From Mobula hypostoma (lineage: Eukaryota): a stretch of DNA of 64,000 nt. Of the stretch, positions 40,880 through 54,060 are shown piece after piece. Made by a program: the position numbers and the translations under genes. A model generated the notes under the pieces. That model did no database searches. It was not told where the DNA came from and worked only from the letters and a program-made list of their open reading frames with translations. Position 1 is the stretch's first letter. Each line of letters begins with the position of its first letter. The stretch covers positions 22,136,001 through 22,200,000 of the forward strand of contig NC_086109.1 of assembly GCF_963921235.1 (NCBI RefSeq). The letters are read 5' to 3'.

Positions 40880-42021
40880 TGATTGTCCGTTGTTTCTGAT
40901 GATAGTGAAATCGGTGTGGGAGAGTTTTTAAAGTGAAAAGCCGTTACAGTGCGACAGCTTCACTCTCTTGATGTTGGAAGTCTGGGACCAGCGGTATGAG
41001 CACAAACTGAGGTCTTTCGTGGCTGCAGTGGATATCCGTGACAACTTCTGTGCCTCATCGTGCCCTTCACTCTCCATGATGTGTTGCAGAACCGCTGTCA
41101 TGGCTATTGGAATTCACAGTTAATCTCATCTGCCCAGACTGCTGGAGCTAACTTCACATGCTAGGACAGGTGCCCCTATTTCTCTGCGATATGAGGCCTG
41201 TTGGCTAGTCTTACTCGGTTTGAACCGCGTGTCAAAGTGGTGTAACATAAGAACACAAGAAATAGGAGCAGGAGTAGGCCTTCTGGTCCATTGAGCCTGC
41301 TCCGCTATTCAATAAGATTATGGCTGATCTGGCCATAGACTCATCTCCACCACCTGCCTTTTCCCCACAACCCTTAATTCCCCTACTATGCAAAAATCTA
41401 TCCAACCTCTTGTCTTAAGTATATTTACTGAGGTAGCCTCCATTGCTTCATTCGGCAGAGAATTCCACAGATTCACCACTCTCTGGGTAAAGCAGTTCCT
41501 CCTCATCTCCATCCCAGATTTACTCCCTCGAATATTGAGGCTGTGTCCCATAGTTCTAGTCTCACCTACCAGTGGAAACAACTTTTCTGCCTCGATCTTA
41601 TCTATGCTGCTCATAATTTTATTTTTCTGAGATCTCCTCTCATTCTTCTGAATTCCAGCGAGTGCAGTTCCAGGCGACTCACTCTCTCCTCATAGTCTTA
41701 ACCCCCTTAATCTCTGGGATCAATCTGGTGTACCACCTCTGCGCCACCTCCAAAGCCAGTATATCCTACCTGAAGTAAAGAGAACAGAACTGCATGCAGT
41801 ACTCCAGGTGCAGCCTCACCAGTATACTGTACATTTGTAGCATAGCCTCCCTGCTCTGGGGACTGGGGTGTGGCTGCTGTCCCGTGCAAACAGCTACTTA
41901 GAGCCACAGGTGAGAGCTGAGTGTCCAGTGGGCAACAAAGGTGAGTGAGCTACCCCAGAATGGACACAAGTCTCTTCACCAGAGGAGTTACCCCCTCCCC
42001 CCACCCTGGACACTCCATACA
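40880..42021 (-). mobile_element. Putative non-autonomous RTE-derived element (40880-41245 plus 41860-42021) split by a CR1
   Basis: Non-coding and relatively GC-rich. Reverse-strand cactcagctctcacctgtggctc..gtagctg...gacagcagccacacccc resembles recalled RTE 5' UTRs. The two halves appear to rejoin at gtggtgta|ctggggtgtggc. Confidence 0.45.
41246..41858 (-). mobile_element. CR1 3' fragment
   Basis: acataagaacacaagaaataggagcaggagtaggcc tail; ORF 41318-41614 contains TQRVVNLWNSLP. Confidence 0.92.
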
Positions 42022-42100
42022 TAGCAGCGTGCAATGCCATGAATCCATGAATCCCTCCGTTTGTCTTCTTTTTAATACCTTTTTAACTATTTCCATGAAA

Positions 42101-43630
42101 TAGCCCAAGAAATAGTGGATGCATTAGTGATAATTTTTCAAAACTCGTTAGATTCTGGACTAGTTCCTGAGGATTGGAGGGTGGCTAATGTAACCCCACT
42201 TTTTAAAAAAGGAGGGAGAGAGAAACCGGGGAATTATAGGCCGGTTAGCCTAACGTCGGTGGTGGGGAAACTGCTGGAGTCAGTTGTCAAGGATGTGATA
42301 ACAGCACATTTGGAAAGCAGTGAAATGATCGGACAAAGTCAGCATGGATTTGTGAAAGGAAAATCATGTCTGACGAATCTCATAGAATTTTTTGAGGATG
42401 TAACTAGTAGAGTGGATAGGGGAGAACCAGTGGATGTGGTATATTTGGATTTTCAAAAGGCTTTTGACAAGGTCCCACACAGGAGATTAGTGTGCAAACT
42501 TAAAGCACACGGTACTGGGGGTAAGGTATTGGTGTGGGTGGAGAATTGGTTAGCAGACAGGAAGCAAAGAGTGGGAATAAACGGGACCTTTTCAGAATGG
42601 CAGGCGGTAACTAGTGGGGTACCGCAAGGCTCAGTGCTGGGACCCCAGTTGTTTACAATATATATTAATGACTTGGATGAGGGAATTAAATGCAGCATCT
42701 CCAAGTTTGCGGATGACACGAAGCTGGGTGGCAGTGTTAGCAGTGAGGAGGATGCTAAGAGGATGCAGGGTGACTTGGATAGGTTGGGTGAGTGGGCAAA
42801 TTCATGGCAGATGCAATTTAATGTGGATAAATGTGAAGTTATCCACTTTGGTGGCAAAAATAGGAAAACAGATTATTATCTGAATGGTGGCCGATTAGGA
42901 AAAGGGGAGGTGCAACGAGACCTGGGTGTCATTATGCACCAGTCATTGAAAGTGGGCATGCAGGTACAGCAGGCGGTGAAAAAGGCGAATGGTATGCTGG
43001 CATTTATAGCGAGAGGATTCGAGTACAGGAGCAGGGAGGTACTACTGCAGTTGTACAAGGCCTTGGTGAGACCACACCTGGAGTATTGTGTGCAGTTTTG
43101 GTCCCCTAATCTGAGGAAAGACATCTTTGCCATAGAGGGAGTACAAAGAAGGTTCACCAGATTGATTCCTGGGATGGCAGGTCTTTCATATGAAGAAAGA
43201 CTGGATGAACTGGGCTTGTACTCGTTGGAATTTAGAAGATTGAGGGGGGATCTGATTGAAACGTATAAGATCCTAAAGGGATTGGACACAGGCTAGATGC
43301 GGGAAGATTGTTCCCGATGTTGGGGAGGTCCAGAACGAGGGGTCACAGTTTGAGGATAGAGGGGAAGCCTTTTAGGACCGAGATTAGGAAAAACTTCTTC
43401 ACACAGAGAGTGGTGAATCTGTGGAATTCTCTGCCACAGCAAACTGTTGAGGCCAGTTCATTGGCTATGTTTAAGAGGGAGTTAGATATGGCCCTTGTGG
43501 CTACAGGGGTCAGGAGGTATGGAGGGAAGGCTGGGTTCTGAGTTGGATGATCAGCCATGATCATAATAAGTGGCGGTGCAGGCTCGAAGGGCCGAATGGC
43601 CTACTCCTGCACCTATTTTCTATGTTTCTA
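42101..43630 (+). mobile_element. Young 5'-truncated CR1 LINE with uninterrupted RT domain
   Basis: 393-aa ORF 42115-43296 with PGNYRPVSL, QHGF..GKSCLTNL, YLDFQKAFDKV, SGVPQGSVLGP and KFADD. One frameshift near 43290; (tttctatg)n tail; TSD-like ttccatgaaa / ttctatgaaa. Confidence 0.97.
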
Positions 43631-44069
43631 TGAAACTTCAGTTCATTGGGGGCAGCCACTTAATTGGGCCAAAAGTACTGGCCTTAGTGTGTGTGTGTGT
43701 GTGTGTATAAAACTGAGTGGAAGATTTACTCTATGGCGCCGCTTACTGTCTGGAGCTTGTAACTGCATTATTACAGACAATTGCAAGATTTCAATTCATA
43801 AGCTGTTTAATTGGAGAGTCAACATAGTGACAATAGTGCACAGAAATTTATAAAAGTTATCATTCAGTTTCCCTTGAATATTGCCAAGGGTGTACAACAC
43901 CTGCCCCATGGGACATTTCCATCTGTTTTGCCTCAGCATGCAACAAGCTACCTGTTTAAGCTTTGCCACCAACATTTGCATGTGGTAAATTAATCACTGA
44001 AAGTACTTTCTGACTAGCAAAAGAATTTGAATATCTGTGCACATCTCAGACATTCAGAGAATTTGTAAT

Positions 44070-45215
44070 AAGACTATAAGACAAAGGAGCAGAATTGGAC
44101 CATTTGGCCCATCAACTCTGCTTCGTTATTCTATCGTGGCTAATTTATTATCCTTGTCAATCCCATTCTCCTGCCTTCTTCCCGTAACCTTTGATGCTCT
44201 TCCTAAGGAGGAGGAGAAGATGGCAACGCGACAGCAGCGTGCGCAGCCTCTCCGGTGATTGATATCTGTAATCTGTCAAGTAGGGGATCGTGCACAATTC
44301 TGATTTGATGGAGACGGACGTGAGAGTACAGAGGAACATCACGAAAACTTCTGAAATGCCCGCTTCACTGCCGCTGCTACTGTGCGGTGACCGGAATCAC
44401 CGGAGCAGAAGGCCCCGAATCCTCGGCTTTGCGTGTTTCAGCAGCTGGGGTGAGGTTGAAGGCGCTCGGCAGATGGTGCTCAGGAGACTGTATCAGAGGG
44501 GCTTGTCGGAGGCTCGAAGTTTTCGGATGGATGGACTCGGTGTCGGCTGTGGTCGGCTGCTTCCAAGGCATCGGCAAGTTGACGGTGCCTGGAGGTTTAT
44601 GGCAGGGAGTTTCTCCCTTTTGCCACCTGCTATCAGGGACTCGGGAGTCGATCAACTCGGGACTTTTAGGCTATTTTTACCGTGCCCATGGTCTGCTCTT
44701 CAAATTATGGTATTGTTTTGCACTGCTGTAACTATATGTTAAAATTATGTGGTTCTGTCAGTGTTAGTCTTTGGTTTGTCCTGTTTTCTGTGATATCACT
44801 CCGGAAAAACATTGTATCAATTCTTAATGCATGTATGCATTTCTAAATGACAATAAAAGAGAACTGTGTGTTCTCATAATCTAATCTAATCTAAAAATCA
44901 AGAATCCATCAACCTCCACTTTAAATATACATAATGATTTGGCTTCCAAAGCCTGCTGTGGTAATGAATTCCACAGATTCTCTGGCTAAAGAAATTCCTC
45001 CTCATCCTTGATCTAAAGGGATGTCCTTCTTTTCGGAGGCTGTGCCCTCTCGTCCTAGACTCCCCTACTGTAGGAAATATCCTCTCTACATCCACTCTAT
45101 CTAGGCCATTCAATATTCGTTAGGTTTTGATGAGATCCCCCTCATTCTTCTAAACTCCAGCAAGTACAGGCACATAGACATCAAACGTTCCTCATGTGTT
45201 AACCCTTTCATTCAT
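44070..45215 (-). mobile_element. CR1 3' fragment interrupted at 44207-44894
   Basis: agactataagacaaaggagcagaatt tail...ctttgatgctcttcctaa|...|aatcaagaatccatcaacctcc; ORF 44898-45113. Confidence 0.88.
44207..44894 (+). mobile_element. Young non-coding retroposon with (ATCTA)n tail
   Basis: Starts ggaggaggagaAGATGGCaacgcg; CpG-rich 5' two-thirds; AATAAA at about 44852; ends (aatct)3; cleanly splits a CR1. Confidence 0.7.
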
Positions 45216-46554
45216 CCTTTCACATAATATATATTTTCATACTTGTTTAGTATAGCTAACAAATTATTTTTAATAAACCCAAGCATTGGAAACCACTTAA
45301 GCAATTAATTTAAAGCTCCTGGGAGCCTGTTGTCTTCTGAAGCAAGTGGAGGCTATCAGATCTACTACAGATTCAGTGCATATTTTCATTTTTAGCACTG
45401 GAAATGGGAGCCAGAGGGGAGTTCACAGCTTTTAGGAAGATTTTGATGGGCCTGAATGTTAACTTTTTTTGTCTCCACAGATTCTGGTAGACATTATTTC
45501 TAGCCTTTTCAGTTTTCCCCAGATTTCCAGCACCTGCAATCTTGTTTTACAACTAATGGTATTAAGAGTACAAACATTGAATCTATGATTTGAATTTGAA
45601 ATCTGCTCCAGAAATGCTATTGGGCTGAAGTGAGCTTAATGTTTAGTTTACTCCAGTGAAAGTTCTAATTGGAAATATTCAGTCATGGAAACCTTTATGT
45701 TTATACAGATTTGACTTGAAAGCTGAAAGCTAGAAATCTTTGTTAGGAAGTTACAAATAAATAAAATGAATTGTGCTTTTTTTTCTCATTTGCGTGGATC
45801 TTGGAGTTTCTCTCTTTGCAAAATTGAAATAAAATGGTCCTGATGGTTTCTGGGATTATTACGGCATTTATTTAATGGCATTCCACAGACAGGGGACTTG
45901 TTTACTTGTGGGAGTGCTAAACTGAAGATGAAAGAATATTGCACATTGCTAGCTCATTTATTGTGTAACATGCAAGTATTTGGTAGCTTTTTACCAGACT
46001 GACTGGTTATACAATTTAATGAATTGCATTCTGGCATTGTTCCATTTGGAGGGAGTGTCATAACATGTGATTTCTGTTTTCAAAAACAAATCCTTACAAA
46101 CATTTTCAGAAAATTGTTTTATACTCACTAAAACAATCTGATCTTGTGATCATACAATAGCTTCTCCTTAGGCGTAAGTGCACCTCTGCCTATGCACAGT
46201 TACTGGGTGAATGCCCCTGAATTCTGCCTGAGGCAGTTAACACATTTCAGACGGCTGGCGTAAATCCAGCAATATGCGTTACTACTTCATTTTCATAGTT
46301 ACCAATCATTTAATGTGACATCAAAAGCATTCTTCCCGTTTGGGTCCTTGGGTGAATCTCAATGACACTCTGAAAGGGAAGTGTGTGTATTACCAAGTTA
46401 TTTGTATAGCATCACAAAGACACAGTAGTAGCATGTGAACCACGATGAGTTGGTGTGCTTAATTTGAACAGATGCTCTGCTTTTCACAGACTGACTTTGA
46501 GAATGATTCACAGTTTATCCCTGTTGTGAAGGGATGAATGATTCTGGATTCAAT

Positions 46555-46730
46555 GTCAGCTGTGGCTCAATGTTTAACACTCTTTCTGAACCAGAATATT
46601 GTGGGCTCGAGTCTCACTCAGTGACCCAAGCGCAGAAGGCTAGGCTGACATTCCATTGTGGCATAGGCAGAGTACTTCACTGTTAGACCAGAGGTTAAAT
46701 CAGTTTGTTTCAAGACTATACTTGGATGAA
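46555..46730 (+). mobile_element. Ancient Deu-domain-like tRNA SINE remnant
   Basis: gtcagctgtggctcaatgttt (A-box-like), gggctcgagtc (B-box-like), ctaggctgacattcc. Confidence 0.45.
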
Positions 46731-46835
46731 ATCCTAACACTTTTAGAAGCATTTGTCATTTGCTGTTAAATCTAAAACATCATAGGATGTTATTTTTCTT
46801 GGGGTTCCAGTTCTTCACCTGGGTGTCTAACTGAT

Positions 46836-47120
46836 GCCATGGTAGGGTGTCGTTACCGTTACACTTTTTATTACAGCTTGGTGCATTTTGGCATTCAGAG
46901 TTCAATTCCAGCCCTGTCTGTATGGAGTTTGTATGTTCTTCCCTGAACCCATATGGGTTTCTTCCAGGTTTTGTGGTTTCCTCACACAGTCCAAAGATGT
47001 ACTGGGTAGTCGGTCATTGTAAATTGTCCTGTGATTAGGCCACTGATAACTATGTGGTTTGCTGGGCAGTACAGTTTGTTGGGCTGAAAGAACCTGTTCC
47101 ATGCTGCATCTCTAAATAAA
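46836..47120 (+). mobile_element. V-SINE/HE1-like SINE
   Basis: gagttcaattcc B box; ctgtatggagtttgtatgttctt V-domain-like; ggtcattgtaaattgtcc; tail gggctgaaagaacctgttccatgctgcatctctaaataaa. Confidence 0.8.
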
Positions 47121-48539
47121 AGAAGACTTGCCATTAAATATCCTGTGGATGCTCAGAGGTTTGCCGTTGACCAGTGTAAACTTTACATTGTTGAAAGGCA
47201 CATGCCAGGAGTTTACTGGAATATTCCTTTGCTTGCTAGAATGAGCACAGCTCCTCATCTGAAGGTGCAGAGCTTACTCCCATTTGATAGGGTATTTAGC
47301 CAACTTTTTGTTGACCCAGAATGTAGTCAGTACCACAGTGTGTAATTTTTGCAGAACATGCTGCAGCAGCTTGGCAAGGTCATAAGACCATATGGTCACT
47401 TCAACAGCATCTCCTAAACTGACTCTTCGCTCAAAGGGCAATGGAAGAAAACTCTATGATGTCTTCCAAGTTGGGCATTGCCCTCAGCACTTCCCTTTTA
47501 CACTGGGCCAAAATGGTTTTCCCATCCAGTAGCCGGGAGTAGAAGTTGTGTAAATAGATGATTAGTCTCATAAATGCTTCGTATGGGTAATATGGGAGAA
47601 GCAAATCTTTGAGCAATTTGTAATGCTCAGTATCCTGACTGGGGTTGAAGCTGATATGAATTACAGCATCCCAGCTGGCCCTCCTGCTATGCAACATGAG
47701 TTAATTCGCTCCCAGTTGTGGTGCTGACTACATCTGGATCAATAAAAATTGGCTGCAGACCCTTTCCAGATGGAACATGTGTTTGGGGTGGTTTGGAATG
47801 GTGAGTAGGGGTTGGTAATATGAGAGAAATGGAGAACAGTACCAATCGGTGGTATGGTTGACACACATTCTATGTATATTGAGATGGTGCCAGTCTCTAA
47901 TGTGAGCAGTTAAGTTCTTCACTGCGAGCATTAGGCAGCTTGTAACAAGCCTGCATGTCCCTATGGATTGAGCCTTGTCTCCTTGAAATATGATTTTCTG
48001 CAGTGGGATGCAGTCAGTGGATTACACTTGTTTGATTTTAATTTGTTTTAGTAATTTGTATGTCTTGAAATTATGAGCACCAAATCTTTAATCTTGTAAA
48101 ATGGGTAGAATTTACTTGATGTGGCTAATACTACAGAAATATTAGCGTTTAAATGTGACTATTTCGAATCAGTCGCATTTCTCTGTGGAACTTAATAGTA
48201 CGTATACATTCATCTTGAGTGTCTAATAATTTGGAATCAGCGATAAAATACTGCTTAATTGCATGATTTGTGTGTTTTTTTTCTTCCTCTTGTGTTGGTA
48301 TTTTTATTTTTTTCCTTAATTGGGTCCTTTCTGGTTTCTTGCTTCTGGCTACCTGTAAGCAAACACATCTCAATTTATACATTCTTTGCTAATAAATATA
48401 CTTTTGAATACAATAGAAAACGCCACATCAGGCAAACCAAATTGCTATACCTTGGGGATCTCAGTCTTTGAAGGGTCCAGTGCAAATTTTAGCCAAAAGC
48501 AGGAGAAATCCAATCTGGTTAATTACAGTTGAAAAGAAT

Positions 48540-49750
48540 TATCGCATTCCTTCAGTCCATCAAGGGGACGTATTTAGCACCACGTGACATTTTCACATGA
48601 CGCAGGGGGGTTCCCCCATTGCTGTTCGTTACAAAGGCTGTGATGTAACCACGTTCTAACTGTCTATCATCTTGTGTTCGCAGCGTACGTGTGAAGCATC
48701 TTAAGCACATCATATTAATTCGGTGGGGGTGTTGGCGAGCATAAAACTTATTCAGTACCACAAAGGTGAAAAATAAATTCTCGATCATTTGTGCCAGATT
48801 TCGATGGTGGAATCTGTGGTACATCGAATGAGAGACGTATCAAAGAAGATTTAATAATCCTTTTCAGTACCACAAAGGTGAAAAATAAATTCTCGAGCAT
48901 TTGTGCCAGATTTCGGTGGTGGAATCTGTGGTACATCGAATGAGAGACGTATCAAAGAAGATATAATAACGCTTTTGACAGCGCATGCTCAGACGCTTCA
49001 CTGGCCTCAACAGACAGACCTGTCACCAAACGGATTTCAATTCTTCTCTGACATTCTTGACGTCCGCACCCTGCTGTGTAATCCCAGATCCCGGGATACT
49101 TAGAGTGGGGGAGTGCAAACCTGGGTTCTTGAAAAGTAAGAAACTGGTTTTATTCTATCCTGGAACTCCGTTTGTAGAGCTTGCTATCTGGATGATGGTC
49201 GGTTCTGAGTGAGCACTTTATCTTCTCGCTGTCCATTGTATTTGCGTTTGTAAAAGATGCACGCTGGCTAATGTCTAAATCCAAACCCGGTTTAACATGC
49301 CGAGCTTTGAAGAACATGTTGTGAGTGACTGGATGCAGGACAGTTCAGGGAAGCTGCGAAGTTAATTTCAATTGAGATGAGTCCGAGAGACCCAGGTTAA
49401 ATTTAATCTTGAGTCAACGTCCGACCTATGCTGGAGAGGTGAGTGAGTCTTCTATGGGATCGACGGAACATAGAAGATGCAGACTAGGAGAAAATATTCA
49501 GAATGGTCTGTGCATCTGCTTAATGTACGGCCAAAGCAAGTAGGAATGTCATTCGCTTTTCTACTCTGATACTCTTCTGACTGTGTTACTACTGCATTTA
49601 ACTGGGGTTGTACACAGTTCTAACGGTACTGGTCTCTGGGTGTGGACCTGTTCCTAGTAGTAGCCGTGCTCAGGGCTGGAGTGTAATGGTGCCATATTAA
49701 AGCGGCTTCTTAATTCCGCCCCCACCCCCAACCACCAACCACAGTTAATC
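48540..49750. promoter_or_regulatory. Candidate CpG-rich intronic promoter/enhancer
   Basis: Visibly CpG-rich against a CpG-depleted background, with no repeat I recognise. Motifs: CACGTG (48581), TGACGCA (48598), GGGGGGTTCCCC (48605), GC box CCGCCC (49716). Consensus donor GAG|GTGAGT at 49438/49439. Confidence 0.45.
48751..48974. repeat. Tandem duplication, 112-bp unit x2
   Basis: ttcagtaccacaaaggtgaaaaataaattctcga...atcaaagaagat begins at both 48751 and 48863, with only a few substitutions. Confidence 0.95.
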
Positions 49751-50102
49751 ATTTTTATTTGTGAAAGGGCTGTTCAGTGTCGGTGTGTACAGCTGCTCTA
49801 GCGAATGACTGGTCTGCTGTCTGCGTGATTGAATACATAACAGGAATTTTATTGTTGCTTCAACCTCTGATCGAATCAAATCTAACTTAAATTGTAATAC
49901 TTTCACAGAAATATTAAGATTTTTTTAATCTGCTTGTTGATTTAAACAGAATAAATTGCTTTTGGTGAGAAATCCATTAACCGCACTGTTTAATTTTGCA
50001 CTGAAGGAAATAATTGCCGTCTTTGTCTGCTATACCGTTTTGTCTGCTCTGCTGATGGATGATATTGTAACGGAAGGTTAAGGCAGTTATGTTTTGTTTT
50101 AA

Positions 50103-50285
<183 letters not shown>

Positions 50286-50929
50286 TAAGGCATTGGATCA
50301 GAATTAGACCGTTCAGCTCATCCAGTTTGCTCACCATTAAATCATTGCTGATTTATTATCCTTCTCAACTATTCCCCTGCTCTCTCCCTGTAATCTATAA
50401 GAAGACGAGCAGTGGATGTGGTGTATCCGGACTTACAAGAAGGCCTTCAGTAAGATGTCACATGAGTGATTAGAGAGAATTGGAGCACACAGCATTGGTT
50501 GTATATAGCATACTAGTGTGGATTGAGGTTTGGTAAATGGACTGAAAGCAGTAGGAATGAATGGGCCATTTTTTTTTCTCCTGACTATCACTGGGGAGAT
50601 GACATTGGGATTGCTTTGTGAATTAAGTGTTTGGAGTTTGTGCAAATTGTCAGCAGTGTTTCCTTAGTTACTTCAGTGACTACAATTCATAAGCACTTCA
50701 TTGACTATGAAGCCACAAAAGGTGCCACATAAATTAACATATTTCAAAAACTGATCCATTATATTGTAAATGAACTATAATCTAGTGCACTTTTCAACCT
50801 TCTATAGAAAGCTTTTTCAATTTACGGTCACACTGAATCTGCACTGTCTCATCAGTGTTTTTTTTTACTCTGAAAGAAAGATCTTGCTTTCCTTTACAAG
50901 AGAAACCAAATCTGATTCCTGAACTTTAG

Positions 50930-51222
50930 AAGATTAGATTAACTTTATTTGTTACAGACACGGGGATATACAGTGAAATGTCTCATTTGCATCAACGACC
51001 AATACACGAGGATGTGCTGGCACAGTCCACAAGTGTTGCCATGCTACCGGCAGCAACATAGCATGGCTATGATTTACCAATCCTAACCCGTGTGCTTGTG
51101 GAATATGGGATGAAAACCAGAGCACCTGAGGAATCCCATGGGGTTGTGGGTGAATGTACTTGCAGACGATGGCAGGAATTCAGTCTGATAGCTGGCACTG
51201 CAAGCATTGCGCTAACCACTAG
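50930..51222 (-). mobile_element. V-SINE-like SINE
   Basis: agattagattaactttatttg tail through gcgctaaccacta (reverse A box); similar to 33530-33826. Confidence 0.65.
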
Positions 51223-51482
51223 ATGGAAGGGTAGATGTAAACTATAATATTGTTGTGGAATCCAGAATTGGGATTCCACAACGAAATATCTGTCTTAAAA
51301 ATGAGAAAATCAGGAATAAAAACTGGAAATGCCTTTTCCCCCAAAAGAGAAGCTCTTCAATTGGGAGTTGATCCTAGATCAATTATTTGCTTATAGTCTA
51401 TTTTTGTTGAGCAAAAGGTTGAAGAATATAGAGCAAAAGTGACTATGGCAATTCAGTCATGCATCTGAAATAACTTTATTGA

Positions 51483-51752
<270 letters not shown>

Positions 51753-53363
51753 TAATAATGAGCACAAATGGCAAAGATCACTTCTGCTCTGGCTCACCAA
51801 AAAGCAAAGTATTTCACCATCTACTGCTTGCTTTTATATAGTCCTTTTGTTGTAAATATTTTTAAAGTGCCTCAAAGATTTTCAGAAACATCAAGTTCTC
51901 CCTAGCTTACAGATACCCAACATATGTACATTTGGAAGATCAATAGATTGGTTCACTTGTGGGGCTGCATGTATCTTCTGGTGTGTGAAAACTTGGTTCT
52001 TGGCTGCATTTCTGCATGTGAACTCTTTGGGTTACAAATGGTTCACAGGAACCAAACGCTGCTATAACTTGGGGATGTCCTGTAGAGACATTAAAGCAAA
52101 AGTGGAGTGTTTCAATGTGAATACTTAAGGGAATTTCTTCAAAGATTTGAGCTTGAACTGTTGAAAGGATGGTTGGCAGTGATAAGGTAGTTGAAATCAG
52201 GCAAGAATTGGAATACTGGAATCTTAGGGGACTTGGAAAAATGCTACAGGACTAAACTAAATTAATGACTAGTAATATTTTGGTAAAATAATAGAATTGG
52301 TTTCATTTATTTTTTTAAAGATGTTTGTATCTTAAAACTGAGCATGTTCCTGTGGTGTATATATAGAAGATGTGTACAGCTGATTGACGGGGCAACAATT
52401 CCTCTCAAATACATTGTACTTAGCTGTGTTTTGGATCTCAAATTAATCAAATTCTGAGTTCTATAACCTCTAGTAAGAAATCAGCATACTCAAACTGTTT
52501 CCTCTGGCCCCTTGATTTGACCACTTGGTGAGAGACTTTCCGTAGATTAATTTTTAATTTAACCTACCAAGCCAGTTCTACAGTTCTAGTCAAGGGGAAA
52601 TAACTTGTCATGATCAGCATTGTCTAATACCTTTTAAAATTCAAAGCGTAAACCAATCCCCACTTAACGTAATTGCTTCTCGAAATCTAATTACATATTC
52701 CCCTTGACCATTCTAGTTGCTTCGCCTATATTAATAACTGCATTTTTTTCTCCACTGAAATGACCGGACTATACAAAGTGCTGTTGCACTTGTATATAAT
52801 ATACCAAGATTACTTGACTGCTTTTGGTCTTTATTGACCTTTTTAATCATAATCCAAATCTGGCTCACTTTGTGCCTTTTGAACATTACAACGATAGCTT
52901 CAGTTTGTCCATCAGGATCTTCCATTTAAACTTGCTTTACATTGCCTTTCATTGTAAGCAAGTCTGTCTTGAATTCGTTTTTGTTCCCACCAGTTAAGCA
53001 CTTTTCTTTTCACTGCATGGATGTATATTGGAATTGCATCTTGCACAGCCAATTTTCTATTATGAGTAGGAATAAAGAAATGAATTATCCCTTGGATTCC
53101 AGCCCCGTTTCACTGCCAGACTTCTATTTCAGTATCACCAGATGGGCTAACATTAGAATCCCAGTAGTGTTTGATAACTAAAATACTGCAGCTGCTAACA
53201 GTTTTATTCAGATCTCACTGATAACTCAATTTACTTTACAGCTGTTTGAAAAGTAAAGCTGAAAGTGATATAAATCTGAAGTAAAAATCAAATTCTGGAA
53301 AATACCATGCAGATCAGGCAGCATCTGGGGAGAGAGCTGCAGTTAACATTTTATAGTAGTCTG

Positions 53364-54060
53364 AAAGAACATTCAATACTTTCCCGGTATATATGATGAA
53401 TAAACTCTTCTCGGGCTTTCAGCTGGGTACAATTATCAATTTTAACTGACATTTCAATGACAAACGCTGCCATCTTGATCAGGGATGATGCCTGGACATG
53501 TCTAGTCTGTTGGTATTTATACCCCCGTCATCTGTCTATCCTTATTGGTTATTCCTCATCCAATCAGGTTTCTGCTGTCCCATTTTGTTTATATTGAAAC
53601 AAGTAGCTTTGTGCTATTGAAGTCGATCCTATGGCCGTTGTGAATGCAATGTTCTGATTCCTCTGGGTAACCCAAATAAATACACCTCCTGTGTTCCTTG
53701 ATGCGGATTTCCACTGCATGTCCCATCTGGCCCGTGATTTTGGCACAAAACTATGCTACACCAGTGGCCTTTGTGATTGCCTAGTGAAGGAAGCCATTGA
53801 AATAAAACTAGAGGAAAAGAATTTTAACAAAGACAAAGGTCTCGCTCTAAGAACTGGAATTCAATTGTAATCAAGGTGGGACAGCGGAAACCTGATTGGA
53901 TGAGGGTTAATCAATCAGGAGGGACAGACGACGGGGCTATATATACCACTGGACTGGGCATCCCCAGGTATGATCCCGGATGAAAATGGCAATTCGTCAG
54001 CAAAACGTTGGTTAAAATTGATACCTGTACTCAGCTGGAAGCCCCAGAAGAGTTTATTCA
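53364..54060. mobile_element. Penelope-like element (family 2): inverted ~200-bp terminal repeats around rearranged GIY-YIG fragments
   Basis: Arms 53396-53598 and 53860-54061 are reverse complements. Minus strand 53735-53600 reads GQMGHAVEIRIKEHRRCIYLGYPEESEHCIHNGHRIDF; plus strand reads LVKEAIEIKLEEKNFNKDKGLAL. TSD TTATAGTAGTCTG (53351-63) / TTATAGCAGTCTG (54061-73). Confidence 0.85.

Larger units (their letters stand above)
36952..43733 (+). mobile_element. Non-autonomous Tigger-like element fragmented by nested insertions
   Basis: Pieces at about 36952-37440 (ORF 37165: FVTDSWQEISSNIIQNCF, a pogo transposase C-terminal motif), 40853-40870, 42040-42100 and 43630-43733 (terminal ggcagccacttaattgggccaaaagtactgg). 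Confidence 0.6.

Noticed and set aside
42115..43296. Longest ORF (393-aa reverse transcriptase) as a host gene or novel RT system
   Set aside because: It is an ordinary 5'-truncated CR1 ORF2 with a CR1 3' UTR, tail and TSD-like flanks; no accessory genes.
44290..44742. 150-aa ORF and overlapping ORFs as a gene
   Set aside because: They lie in a GC-rich retroposon, are open in several frames, and show no recognisable domain.
47140..47970. Coding-looking minus-strand ORFs (47431-47697, 47728-47931) as a nested gene or endogenous viral fragment
   Set aside because: I recognise no domain or splice structure, and part of the region (caggagtttactggaatattcctttgcttgctagaatgagcacagctcc) resembles an old CR1-like LINE. 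A BLASTx search would settle it.
1..48500. MAGI exon 1 (PDZ0) or other host exons
   Set aside because: No PDZ-like translation was seen; exon 1 presumably lies upstream of the window. Small or non-coding exons could have been missed.
48751..48974. CRISPR-like array
   Set aside because: Two adjacent 112-bp units with no spacers, in a vertebrate intron; a simple tandem duplication.
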